Origin: Octopus bimaculoides | Taxonomy: Eukaryota | Reading direction: 5' to 3' | Length of the DNA: 64,000 nucleotides | Assembly: GCF_001194135.2 (NCBI RefSeq) | Contig: NC_068984.1 | Coordinates: forward strand, 15,231,425-15,295,424 | Position numbers and translations under genes: made by a program | Part shown: positions 36,865-48,012 of the stretch, in pieces | How the letters are laid out: each line of letters begins with the position of its first letter | Position numbering within the stretch: the stretch's first letter is position 1 | Notes under the pieces: model-generated | Databases searched by the model: none | What the model was told of the DNA's origin: nothing | The model's input: only the letters and a program-made list of their open reading frames with translations

Positions 36865-37723
36865 CAAGAAGGTACCCAAAAGTAACTGGAAATGTTCTGT
36901 GGGACAAGACAACTGTAGTTCAGGCTTCTGCTGCTAGAAGCCATTTGATGTGATCCTCAAGCATCAGCCTGTTGACGAGCATTGTCCAGTGAGGTCATAC
37001 TGCCATGTGGTACATCTTTGTTTTGCAGTGCTTCTCTTCTGTTCATTGATTTAAGTGACGGCTGGAATGAAGGAACAGCTTGCTTCCGAGGAATTCTGTT
37101 TTGTGCTGGAGAAAACAGCAGCCAAAATAACTGCCATGCTTCAAACAACTTACAAGGACGCTGCCAGGAGCAAAACAAGTTTACAAGTGATTTCTACGTT
37201 TTAGGAATGGTCACTTGTTGCTTGAAGACCAACCTCATTCAGGACGACTGCTGACCTCCCAAACGAATGAAAACATGGCAATTCATGAACTGGTCATTGG
37301 AAGACCATCACCAAACAATAGATAAACTTGTTGATAATGACCGGTGTGTCTTGGAGCTCCTGCCAACAAATTTTTAGCGAGGAATTGCAACAAAATTTGT
37401 GCCTCACTTGCTCATGGCAGATCAAAAGCAGTCACAACTGAATGTGTGTTGTGAACCTAAAGAACAGTTGGAAGTTGATCTGGACCTCTTTTGGAAGGTC
37501 ATCACTGGTGACGAAAGCTGGCACTTCAGAATTTACAGATGTAGAAGAGGTGAAGAAAAAAAAACTGACAGAGGCATTAAAAGGCATCACTTTACAAGCG
37601 TTCCAGCACTGCTTCCGACAGTGGAAAATGGAGAATACTTTGAAGGTGATGAAAGTGTAAACATGTAAAACTAAGTGAGTAAAATAATATTGCAAAATTC
37701 CGGTTTCTTTTGGGTACCTCCTT
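36865..37723 (+). mobile_element. Internally deleted mariner (Tc1/mariner) element
   Basis: 27-bp TIRs CAAGAAGGTACCCAAAAGTAACTGGAA and its counterpart (3 mismatches). TA TSDs at 36863-36864 and 37724-37725. Remnant peptides KFVPHLL, VITGDESW, GEYFEGD. Confidence 0.9.
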
Positions 37724-38116
37724 GTATGAGTATTGACAAACATTTTTTTTTTTAGATTTTTCCATTTATAATTGAATCATAAGAAATATTTAAAAATCTG
37801 ATTGATCAATACAACAAATATTTTTTTCTTAACCCTCTTAAAAGAAAATAATAGAGAACTTCAATAATGGTAGGCATATATATATATATTTACATCACTG
37901 AGGGTAAAAACGATAACATGTAAAGAGATGAAAGAATCATTATTTGTACAAGATATTACTTCTGATGTTTAAGTACAGTATCATATTGAATAATTCAAAC
38001 ATCACTAAAAACTGGTTCAAGTTGAAACCAACTCAATCTGCTTTTATAAACAAACTATAAAGCAATGTTTGAACAACAAATACTGCATGAGTGTAAATTT
38101 TTCTCCAAAGAGTTTG

Positions 38117-38147
<31 letters not shown>

Positions 38148-38163
38148 ATTATCTCCAAATAGT

Positions 38164-38739
38164 TTAAGAATCAATGACATAATTGGGATGGACAACAAGG
38201 AAGGGGTCATCCTCTCTAACAAGGCTCTCATCTTCTTTATGCTTGGACATGGATTTCAGCCCAGTCTGTTTTAGCTCTATGAGGACATGGTCGTGATGAA
38301 TCAAACGATCAATGACTTTCTCAACAATAGTTTTACGTTCAATGAGTTCTGCTTCACTATCAATTTCTCCTTCGATTTCATGTAGATACCAACCAATCAA
38401 CTGACTACGTCGAGTACCGGAATCAGTAGTCTCTTCTTGCTCTTCCATACGTCTCATGTTCAACACCAACAAATTCGCCATATGTTTATATTCTTCATAT
38501 GTTAATTTCAGGCTTTTCTTTGGTTTGTCTGATTTGGGAGATTTTTCTTGTTCAGGAGAGCCAGATGGCACTGCATCTTCAGATACACCATTTTGTTCAC
38601 TGTGTGGCACCTCTGAGGCTGGTTCCTCATCTACCTCCATAGCTTCATCCCCTTCTTCCAAATGTATGTCTGGCTGATCAACACGGATAATTGACTTGTT
38701 AAGCAAACGGAATGCTTCTTTCACATGTTTCGGTTGAAC
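38164..38739 (-). CDS. MCM6: MCM6 coding exon 2 (VQPKHVKEAFRLLNKSII...winged-helix Cdt1-binding domain...VHPNYVIDS*); total protein 825 aa
   Basis: Acceptor aatttttgtag at 38740-38741; phase-0 join YCQEM|VQPKHV; TAA at 38166-38164. The C-terminus WYLHEIEGEIDSEAEL...DPFLVVHPNY is MCM6-specific. Confidence 0.97.
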   Translation of the reverse strand, partial: VQPKHVKEAFRLLNKSIIRVDQPDIHLEEGDEAMEVDEEPASEVPHSEQNGVSEDAVPSGSPEQEKSPKSDKPKKSLKLTYEEYKHMANLLVLNMRRMEEQEETTDSGTRRSQLIGWYLHEIEGEIDSEAELIERKTIVEKVIDRLIHHDHVLIELKQTGLKSMSKHKEDESLVREDDPFLVVHPNYVIDS

Positions 38740-39249
38740 CTACAAAAATTGGAAAATGGAAAAAATAATTTACTTCTTAAAACTTGCATTACCGAGTCCA
38801 GACTAACTACTAAAGTTTATAGTTATTAATTTAACAAGACATAGTATATTTAATTTTTTTAAAATTGTTTCAGAACTTCAGAAGCCTTCTAAAAAAGAAA
38901 TGTGAGTTTTATTCCTTGAAATCTAAGAAGTCTACAACTCTTGCTTCACATTCTTCTTTTGTTAAATATCTAGTCTCAACAAATAATGTGTATTTTGATA
39001 CTTAACTCTTAATTACAGTTATTACAATAAAATACTATCCTAAATTAGACTACAGCTAAAAGCAATTTTGTATTTATAAAATTAAGATGCCCAACTTCTC
39101 TCAGAAAAATCTTAAACCCAATTCCTAGATGCGATTTCTCCAAGAGCCAGGAGAGTTCTGCATAGTAGCTTGCTGTCAAATCTCCCTTAAAATTACATTT
39201 TACTGTCTTAAAAAAATGACGGATATTTGTCCTCATCTTGTTTATTGTT

Positions 39250-39295
39250 AACACAACATTTTGGCTGATATACCCTCCAGCCTTCATCAGGTGTC
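39250..39295 (-). ncRNA. Minimal type I hammerhead ribozyme motif; stems intact, catalytic core mutated
   Basis: GACAC-CTGATGA-A-GGCTG-gagggtatat-CAGCC-AAAAT-GTT-GTGTT. Stem II is 5 perfect bp and stem I is GACAC/GTGTT. GAAAC has become AAAAT through two CpG-type transitions. Confidence 0.7.
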
Positions 39296-39571
39296 TTGGG
39301 GAAATTTCGAACATGGGTTCTCATTCCCAAGGTATTTTTCGATGTTATTATTATTATCGTTACTCAGGTCACTCCTGGAATCGAACTCGGAATCTTGGGG
39401 TTAGTAGCCCGCACGCTTAACCACTACGCCATATGCCCACGGGCATATGGCGTAGTGGTTAAGAGTGCGGGCTACTAACCCGAAGATTCCGAGTTCCATT
39501 TCCAGGCAGTGACCTGAACAACAAAATCGACATACCTCAGGAATGAGAACCCAGGTTCAAAATCTCCCCAA

Positions 39572-39617
39572 GACACCTGATGAAAGTCGGAGGGTATATC
39601 AGCCGAAACGTTGAGTT
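39572..39617 (+). ncRNA. Minimal type I hammerhead ribozyme motif; core intact, stem II degenerate
   Basis: GACAC-CTGATGA-A-AGTCG-gagggtatat-CAGCC-GAAAC-GTT-GAGTT. Confidence 0.7.
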
Positions 39618-40056
39618 AACAACAAACCAGATGAGGACAAATATCCGTCAAATGTAAATGGTTCCTCATCTCTTGAATATAGAACTGTATAATATATTCT
39701 TAGGTATACAAAGGTCTGTGTTGATCTCAGAGTCAACTTCAGAGCTAAATAATACTTTCTCCAATGAATCATACAAATAACTAAATTTTCAAAAGTATCT
39801 CAAAGCAAAAGAACTTGACAATAACATTGCTGGATCATTATATCTGTGAGGACCAATACTCACTTCTGAGCTGGTCAACATATTCAGTCTTCTTTTATCT
39901 GTCTATATCATTCATACCAACTCAGCAGTTTTTTTTTCCTCCATTCATCAGTTATCAAGTTTTAGATCATGGATTTAACCTTTACAGAAATTACTTTCTC
40001 AAGATGCATTAAATATGTTAAATAGAAAAGCAAAAAAAAAAAAAAAGTTTTCCTAC

Positions 40057-41958
40057 CATTTCTTGGCAATAAAGCCGAGCCATAGCCTCTGAGAGTCGAA
40101 TCAAACTTTCAAGTTGACGAACAGTTATTCTCCAAGAGGAGCGAGTTGCACCAGTGCCATCTCGTTGTCTAAGATGTTTGTATTCTTCAACCATGTATTC
40201 CATAGATTCTTTGCTGATCTTTGGTTTAAACTGTCGAGCAAACATAAGGTAGCGCCGGATTTCTTCTACGGTGTAGGTACGAACCACAGATTGTTCACCA
40301 CGGCAATGCAAATCAACAATGCGAGTGGCAATTGCATAATCTATTGCTTCGTTGCATTCATCAACAAGAATGAAGAAGAGATCAAATCTTGACATTATCG
40401 GTGCTGTCAGAGTTATATTCTGTTTCAAAGGTTTTGTCCTATCATAGCGTCCCCCGATTGGGTTTGCAGCTGCCAAAATTGAAGTGCGAGCATTCAAAGT
40501 GGCCTTCACACCAGCTTTTGTGATTGAAATTGTTTGTTGTTCCATCGCTTCATGAATGGCAACCTGATCTCTTGGATCCATTTTATCAAATTCATCGATG
40601 CAGCAAACACCATTATCAGCTAACATAAGAGCACCAGCTTCGATCACAAACTCGTGAGATTCTTCGTCACGAACAACAGCAGCCGTTAGACCAGCAGCAC
40701 TACTAGCTTTTCCACTTGTGTAAACAGCTCGAGAACTGAACTCTTCCACTTGCTTTAACAGCTGGCTTTTGGCAGTACTAGGGTCACCAACAATACATAC
40801 ATTGATGTCTCCTCTCAAGTTCGTTTGTTCAGTTGTCACTTTTGGCACTCCACCAAACAACATCAACAAAATCCCACGTTTAATTTCTTCACAACCATGA
40901 ATTGTAGGAAAAAGACTTGAGCAGAGGTTTTGGTACAGGTTTTTATCAAGACTCATCTCATATATTTTATGCCATTCTTCATCGGTCATCTGTTTCTTAA
41001 GAGCCTGAGCAGTAATCTCCTCGTCTTTATTTTCTCGGTTACCGCCAAGTCTAGGGTTACTTGGAGTCACTGTGCAAGCAAGGAAGGCTAATTTATATGT
41101 TAGATCTCGCACACCAAGGGCTTTAAGGCCCCTGACCCCTTCAGTCTCATAGCCTTCATTTCCTTTCATTCTTGTGGATGTTTCGGCACGTGCTCCAGGT
41201 ACAGTGATCTGGGATACATCAGGGACCACAATCAGAGTACCTGTGAAATCACACTTGTCTCCAGCCTGGGCCATTTCAACAGCTTCAGCGCGCATGATGA
41301 CTTCCAGACTTCTGGGAATACCACCTCTTGGCAATTCGGACTGGGTTTCCTGGACCCTAGCCTTTTGAAAATCTACAAATCTGGATTTATTAACATCCAA
41401 AAGAAATTTAGTTCTATTATTACAGACAGGGTTCCGGCATATGCTGGGTTGTGTATACTTAAATTGCTGTTCAACATCTTTGATGACTGTGCGACACTCT
41501 AAACACATGAAAGTTCCAGAAACCAGTTCTGGATGGACTGGATGAGTACGAACAACTTGACAGGATATACGAAGCAACGTACCAATTTTAGCAGCTGTGA
41601 GATCTCGAACCTTTAAAGTCGTCGGCACATCCATAAAACTCACATAGAACTCTTTAGAAGGAGGAACATGACCATGATCCTGGGCAAAATTACGCAGAGC
41701 AAAACACAAGTATGGATAAACACGATAATATTCTTCTAATATGGTTGTTGCCAACTGTTGATTGTAATTTTCAATGTCCTCAAAGCTCACTGACAATGTG
41801 TTTCGCTCCGGACGAATCAATTCTTGAACCTCAGGCAAGTATTTCAACTCTCCATCAACTGTAAATTCTTCCAGGAAATCCTGAAACAATTTCTGGCACC
41901 GTTCTCCAATTTGATCTTTAACCTGGTTAGTAGACTGTGTCAGTTCAGCAGCATCCAT
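40057..41958 (-). CDS. MCM6: MCM6 replicative helicase subunit, coding exon 1 (634 codons in one exon)
   Basis: MDAAEL start (the ORF-track start at 41964 is a TTG). Zn finger CLEC...CRNPVC, Walker A GDPSTAKS, Walker [10 protein letters not shown], arginine finger [13 protein letters not shown]. Donor GTAGGA at 40056. Upstream acceptors at 42002-42003 or 41966-41967. Confidence 0.98.
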
Positions 41959-42478
41959 TTTCAAACTGCAAATCTATGACAGAAGCTGAACAACACTTGA
42001 TCTGGAAAAAAAAAAGCATAAAATTCAATGGTTTTTATTACTATTACATTTTTTATGCTTTATTGGAATACAATACATTTAAATGTACAGCACCTTAACA
42101 TTACCATTTCAACTCAATCCTTGGTTACCAGGTGTTGGGCGGGGGGGGCATAATTCTAAGCCAAGAGCTCAATCTCATATTCATTGTTTNNNNNNNNNNN
42201 NNNNNNNNNNNNNNNNNNNNNNNNNNNNNNNNNNNNNNNNNNNNNNNNNNNNNNNNNNNNNNNNNNNNNNNNNNNNNNNNNNNNNNNNNNNNNNNNNNNN
42301 NNNNNNNNNNNNNNNNNNNNNNNNNNNNNNNNNNNNNNNNNNNNNNNNNNNNNNNNNNNNNNNNNNNNNNNNNNNNNNNNNNNNNNNNNNNNNNNNNNNN
42401 NNNNNNNNNNNNNNNNNNNNNNNNNNNNNNNNNNNNNNNNNNNNNNNNNNNNNNNNNNNNNNNNNNNNNNNNNNNNNN

Positions 42479-42513
<35 letters not shown>

Positions 42514-43276
42514 TTCAAATTACGACAAACGTAAATAAACAAACGAAGTTTGCTTTTAGAAGCGTTGAGATGTCTTTTAGAAAGTTAAAGAAGTGATTTT
42601 AAATTCTCAATCGCAAAATAAGCTAATAATATAGCCTGAACAGGATAAACTATCCCTATTTTGCAGAGAAAAGTGTAGGTGGCTAGCTGTGGACTCGAAC
42701 TCACATCCCGTGATTAAAATATATATATAAAATTGTATAAACATATACTGAATGTAAAGACAAACAGAAGGTCTTCAAATTCTTTATCAGTTATCAACCA
42801 ATCGGTACTGTTCAGTTTCGCACCTTTAACAATAAGACTGAGTGATTCCCAATTGGTAGTATCCGCAAATTTTTTCTTTTTTTTTTTGTAGAGAATTAGG
42901 GACCAGAATGAACAAAGCAAGTAAAACAACACAGGGTTTGATTTAAGACAGTGGAAAAGGACAAACAGTCAAACAAAATATGACCTTGGAGCCAAGGAGA
43001 GAAGAATAGTGGATAATGCTTAGAAAATGACTTGAAGGATGGAGAACAGAGAGAGAATTTGCGACTGATTGGCTAAGAGACCAGTCTAAGAAAGGAAGAA
43101 AAGCAGGAACTGGCCGAAGAACAAAGAAACACAAGAAAAGAACATTTCACTCTTTCAGTTTGAATCAGTTTCACAAATTTCGTAGGTGCATAGGAAACGT
43201 TCCTCCCATCAGATGCCCCCCAAACATCTAATGAAACACGTTCTATGTACCCACCAAACAAAGTCATGTGGAGTTC

Positions 43277-45900
43277 CGTCGTTTAACGTCCGCTTTCCAT
43301 GCTGGCATGGGTTGGACGGTTTGACTGAGGACTGGCGAACCAGATGGCTGCACCAGGTTCCAATCTGATCTGGCAGAGTTTCTACAGCTGGATGCCCTTC
43401 CTAACGCCAACCACTCCAAGAGTGTAGTGGGTGCTTCTTACGTGTCACTGGTATGAGGGCCACTCAGGTAGTACTGGCATTGGCCACGCTTGGATGGTGC
43501 ATTTTACATGCCACTGGCACGGGAGCCAGTCAGGTGGCACAGGCAATGACCATGCTTGAATGGTGCTTTTTACATGCCACCAGCATGGAAGCCAGTCAGG
43601 CGGCACTGGCATCGACCATGCTCAAATGGTGCTTCTTACGTGCCAATCANNNNNNNNNNNNNNNNNNNNNNNNNNNNNNNNNNNNNNNNNNNNNNNNNNN
43701 NNNNNNNNNNNNNNNNNNNNNNNNNNNNNNNNCGCAGTTTATTGCCCAATGGTTGAAGGGTACTCTTAAATGGGCTGGTTATGATGCACTGGCATAGGCC
43801 ACGGTTACAGTCTCACTTGGCTTGCCGGGTCTTCTCAAGCACAGCATATCTCCAAAGGTTTCAGTGACTTGCCACCGCCTCCGTGAGGCCCAAAGTTCAA
43901 AGGTTGTTCTTCAACACCTCATCCCAGGTCTTCCTCTTCCACAGGTTCCCTCTACTGCTAGAGTGTGACACCTTTTCACACAACTGTCCTCATCCATATG
44001 TAACACATGACCATACCAGCACAGTCATCTCTCTTGCACACCACATCTGATGCTTCTTATGTCTGACTTTTCTCTCAGGGTGCTTACACTCTGTCATGTA
44101 TGCACACTGACATTACACATCCAGCAGAGCATACTAGCTTCATTCCTTGCATGCTTACACATGTCCTCAACAGTCACAGCCCATGTTTCACTGCCATGTA
44201 GCATGGCTATTTGCACACATGCGTCATATAGTCTAACTTTTACTCTGAGCGAGAGGCACTTTGTCACCAGCAGAGGTAGGAACTCTCTGAACTTTGCCCA
44301 GGCTAGCTTTATTCTAGCAGCTACACTTTCAGAGCATCCACCCCTGCTACTGACTTGGTCACCTAGGTAACGGAAGCTATCAACTACTTGTAGCTTTTCC
44401 CCCTGGAATGTGACAGAAGCTGTTTGCTGCACATTTTCAGTGTTTATTGTCCCTGAGCAATTGCCACACACAAAATCTATCTTCTCAGTTAGTCTTCCTT
44501 TGATATTGCTGCACCTCTTATGTGTCCATAGCTTACGCCAGGTACATCTTATGGAGTTTCTACATACGCCTTTTCTGCAGATCTAGCAGGGCCATCTACC
44601 TGAAGTGATTTGTGGTTTGTCTGACTTCCTACTTATTAAGACTTTGATTTTTGCTAGATTGACTCTAAGGCTTTCTCCATGTCAATGAAAGCCACTTACA
44701 GAGGTTTATGTTTGGCAAGGTATTTCTCCTGCATCTGTCTTATCAGAAATATAGCATCAGTGGTGCTCTTCTCTGGCACAAACCCAAACTGCATCTCGTC
44801 TAGACTGACTCTCTCCCTAATTAGTTGGGCTATGACCCTCTCCGTGACTTTCATTACCTGATCCAACAACTTGATACTTCTGTAATTATTCGTATCAAAA
44901 GCGTCACCCTTACCTTTCTAGCAGTTGACTATGGTGCTGCTACACCAGTCATTGTGTATGACTCCTTCGTGTATCACCTGGTTAACTATACGGGTGATTA
45001 GGCTATAGCCAATACCGCTGGATATTTTAAGCATCTCTGCGGTGATTCCTGATGGGCCAGGGGCTTTCCCTGTCTTCATACCCTTAATTGCTTTATCTAC
45101 CAAGATACTGTCAATTAGGATAGCTAGTCCCTCTGTTGGGTTGACATTTGGCAGACTCTCTTTCTCCCATTCGTTCTCTTCATTTAGCAACCTTTCATAG
45201 TGGCGTCTCCAAGTCTCTCACTTTGCAGCCTCAACGAACACAAGTGAGCCATCATCCATGCGGACACATTTCTCTCCTATGACATCATGATTCTCTCTCA
45301 CACACTGTCTTGCAACATGAAACACTTCAAGTCTTTGGTTCTCACGATGCAGAACATTGGCAATTTTTTTCTTATCTGCTTCCCTTCTGGCTAAATAAAA
45401 CTGTCTCCTAGCTTCCTTCTGGCAATCGGATACAGTTTCCTGCTACCACCAATCTTCCAGTCTTTCCATGCCTGTTTCTTTACCTTAATGGCCCTGTCAA
45501 CTACATTGTTCCACCACCACATTACCTTGGGTTGAGAGAGGACTTTGCACCATCCACAGATCTGGTCAGTAGCACTCAACAAGTTGTCCCATAGAAACCT
45601 CCACATTACGTGAAGCTATATCCCCCTCTATTTTGTCAAAAGCTTCGAGTAATACATCTCTAAATTTCTGTCCATTTGTAAGATCTTTAAGCTTCCAGGC
45701 TCTTCTTCGCCATGCTGGCCATCTTCTGGGCATCCATTTAGCCCTGATCCTGAAGTCGCTAACTACTAATCAATGTTGTGGGGTGCATTCTTAACCTGGG
45801 AAGGTTTTGGCATTTATAAGTAGCCATCTCTCCCGTCTCCTGGTGTGGATGTAATCAATTTGACCAGAGCAGTAGGTGACTGGCAGGTTTCCTGAAGTTT
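43277..45900 (-). mobile_element. 5'-truncated RTE-clade LINE, pseudogenised, in the MCM6 5' UTR intron
   Basis: APE C-terminus (IDYI...LVVSDF), GKAPGPSGITAEMLK, QFGFVPEKSTTDAIF, a Cys/His finger, VDSFRYLGD, RLYDACV..AMLHGSETW, then a 3' UTR with tandem units and a gacgttaaacgacg tail. Contains stops, frameshifts and a deletion of the RT core. Confidence 0.9.
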
Positions 45901-47935
45901 GTATTACAATATATACATGCATATATATATTTCCCTGTGCTGGCAGCATGTAAAAAGCACCATTCAAGTGTGGTCATTGCCAGTGCCACCTGACTGGCTC
46001 TCGTGCCAGTGGCACATAATAAGCACCATTCAAGCGTGGTCAATGCCAGTGCCGCCTGATATGCTGGTGAAATGTAAAAAGCACCATTCAAGTGTGGTTG
46101 ATGCCAGTACCGCCTGACTGGTCTTCATGCCGATGGCATGTAAAAAGCACCCACTATACTGGGAGTGGTTGGCATTATGAAGGGCATCCAGCTGTAGAAA
46201 CCTTGCCAGATCAGATTGGAACCTGGCAGACAACAGACTTGGCAGTCATCATTCAAACCGTCCAACCCATGCCAGCATGGAAAGCGGACGTTAAATGATG
46301 ATAATGATGATGATATATATACATACATTGATATCCAAGCCTTGCCGACTAAGTAACATATTTTCTTGAGATCTAATGACAAGATTCACTCCTATTTGTA
46401 TCACCATTTTCAAAAGATTTTGTTTATCTGATACTGGAGTAATCACTCTGACTTGCTTTTAGATTCTAAACACCTTTAAAGAGAGTTTTAGCTGTTAATT
46501 GAATAAATAACATCACTACATTACACATGTAAGACTCTAATCTATGCATGTTTAGTATGCAGAACACTCCACTGAGGCGTTTTCTCCTCAGTCTTTGGCT
46601 GTAGAAATTGTTTAGCCCCAGGACAGCCTTGCCTGTACAAGACTATGAAGATCATTCCAACAATGACTATCTTTTTTAAGGGCCATATCTGAAACTAACA
46701 TTATCTAATGTGTTTCCCTCTCACTCCTTTTTTAAAAAGTGTGATTTGAGAGAATTTGTCAACAGCTTCAAGCAAATAAAGCGACTGTGTAGATATTCCA
46801 AATTTTATATTACTTTTAGGTATGTTATGAAGGTATTCCCAGTTCTATATTCTTGTTATGAATGGAAGACATCTGTTCCTGACTTCTATTTTAGCCTCTC
46901 GACATCTGGCGTAAAGCCATCTCACCTTCTACTACAATCTCACTCACAAGTGCCGGTGTGACAAAAAAATATCAAGTACATTATAAAGAGATTAGTTTTA
47001 GGAAGGGCATCCAGCGATAGAAATCATGCCAAAGCAGACACTGGAGCTTGACACAGCCTATGTCAGCATGAGTTGCAGATAGCTGTGACAGAGTGAACAA
47101 CTCCAATTTAAAAGGTGCCTTCAGATACAAGGTGGCAATGTGTGAGGGAATGCCGTCTTAATAAGATGTTTGTTCAAAGAACCGTCTCTTCTGACGTTAC
47201 GACGTTGTTCCCTAAATTTTCTCCATTAACGTTAAAAGACTTGTAAATTAGTTGGTAATTTGAACCAAAAATAATTAATGCCTAATGTACTTATTTTAAA
47301 CTCGTTTACAGATAGTATATAGTATTTCTACATATATTAAGTCACAGATGGAATTCGTTTGATCACAGATCAGCTCGATAAGGACTAACCACGGGTTAAA
47401 AAGCAACAAATCTCAATATGATTTATTTTGTTCAAATCATTGGAACAAAATTTAGAAATAAAATTCTCCTTTCCTAAATATAAAACCTTCGTTTGTTCAT
47501 TTTTTTTTCATGCAATCTGTAGTACAATCAAATTCTGTACGCCATGTTAGTAAAAATATACGACTTTTGAGGAAAAAGTATATAATTGGAAATTTGAATA
47601 CAATATAAAATTAAAATAGTAAATGTACCATTAAATCAAATTACTGATTCACAAAAAGGAAATACAGTTAATAGCCATAAATAACAAATATAAAACTTTT
47701 GCAAGTAGTTTCTCAAATCGAATTAAGAAGCGATGATAAAATCACAAGGATAATGGTTGCTCGGGGCAGAATAGCTAATGTGGCACAAAAGTTAATAATA
47801 AAACTCATATTTCAGAAATATTCAATTTAATAAAATCGGAATGCGTCTGAGAGAGAAAATATGGTAATCAAAAATTTCATGAATAAAATAATAAATATAA
47901 AATTGAATCAGTTTTAATGTATGAGAATGACTTAC

Positions 47936-48012
47936 CGAAATAAAGCACTGGAAAATGAACACAAAGCAAACTTTTACGCGCGAAAAGTTTCGCGCGGTTT
48001 TAGGTGTCGATA
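47936..48012 (-). promoter_or_regulatory. Probable MCM6 promoter and non-coding first exon with an inverted pair of E2F sites
   Basis: GCGCGAAA (47978-47985) and TTTCGCGC (47988-47995) are both E2F consensus TTTSSCGC. A strong minus-strand donor TTTCG|GTAAGT lies at 47935. MCM genes are established E2F targets. Confidence 0.65.

Larger units (their letters stand above)
39217..39688. mobile_element. Palindromic tRNA-headed, hammerhead-bearing non-autonomous retroelement (most complete copy), inside the MCM6 coding intron
   Basis: Inverted arms 39217-39438 and 39441-about 39650 around a 2-nt centre. A box TGGCGTAGTGG on both arms, B box GTTCGATTCC on the left arm. CTGATGA...GAAAC motifs; 3' hairpin GATGAGGA/TCCTCATC. 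Confidence 0.85.

Noticed and set aside
39361-39520. Two genuine tRNA genes (head-to-head, ACT loop)
   Set aside because: A and B boxes are present, but acceptor and T stems pair poorly (CCGAG/CCAGG), and the sequence continues into a repeated element found at three loci. These are SINE-type heads.
5818-41958. NRF1-MCM6 adjacency as a functional gene cluster
   Set aside because: The genes are tandem, about 15 kb of repeats separate them, and they have separate promoters. Nothing in the sequence supports co-regulation or conserved linkage.
42960-43140. LINE ORF1-like peptide ENDLKDGEQRENLRLIG
   Set aside because: Too short and broken by stops; purine-rich low complexity could produce it by chance.
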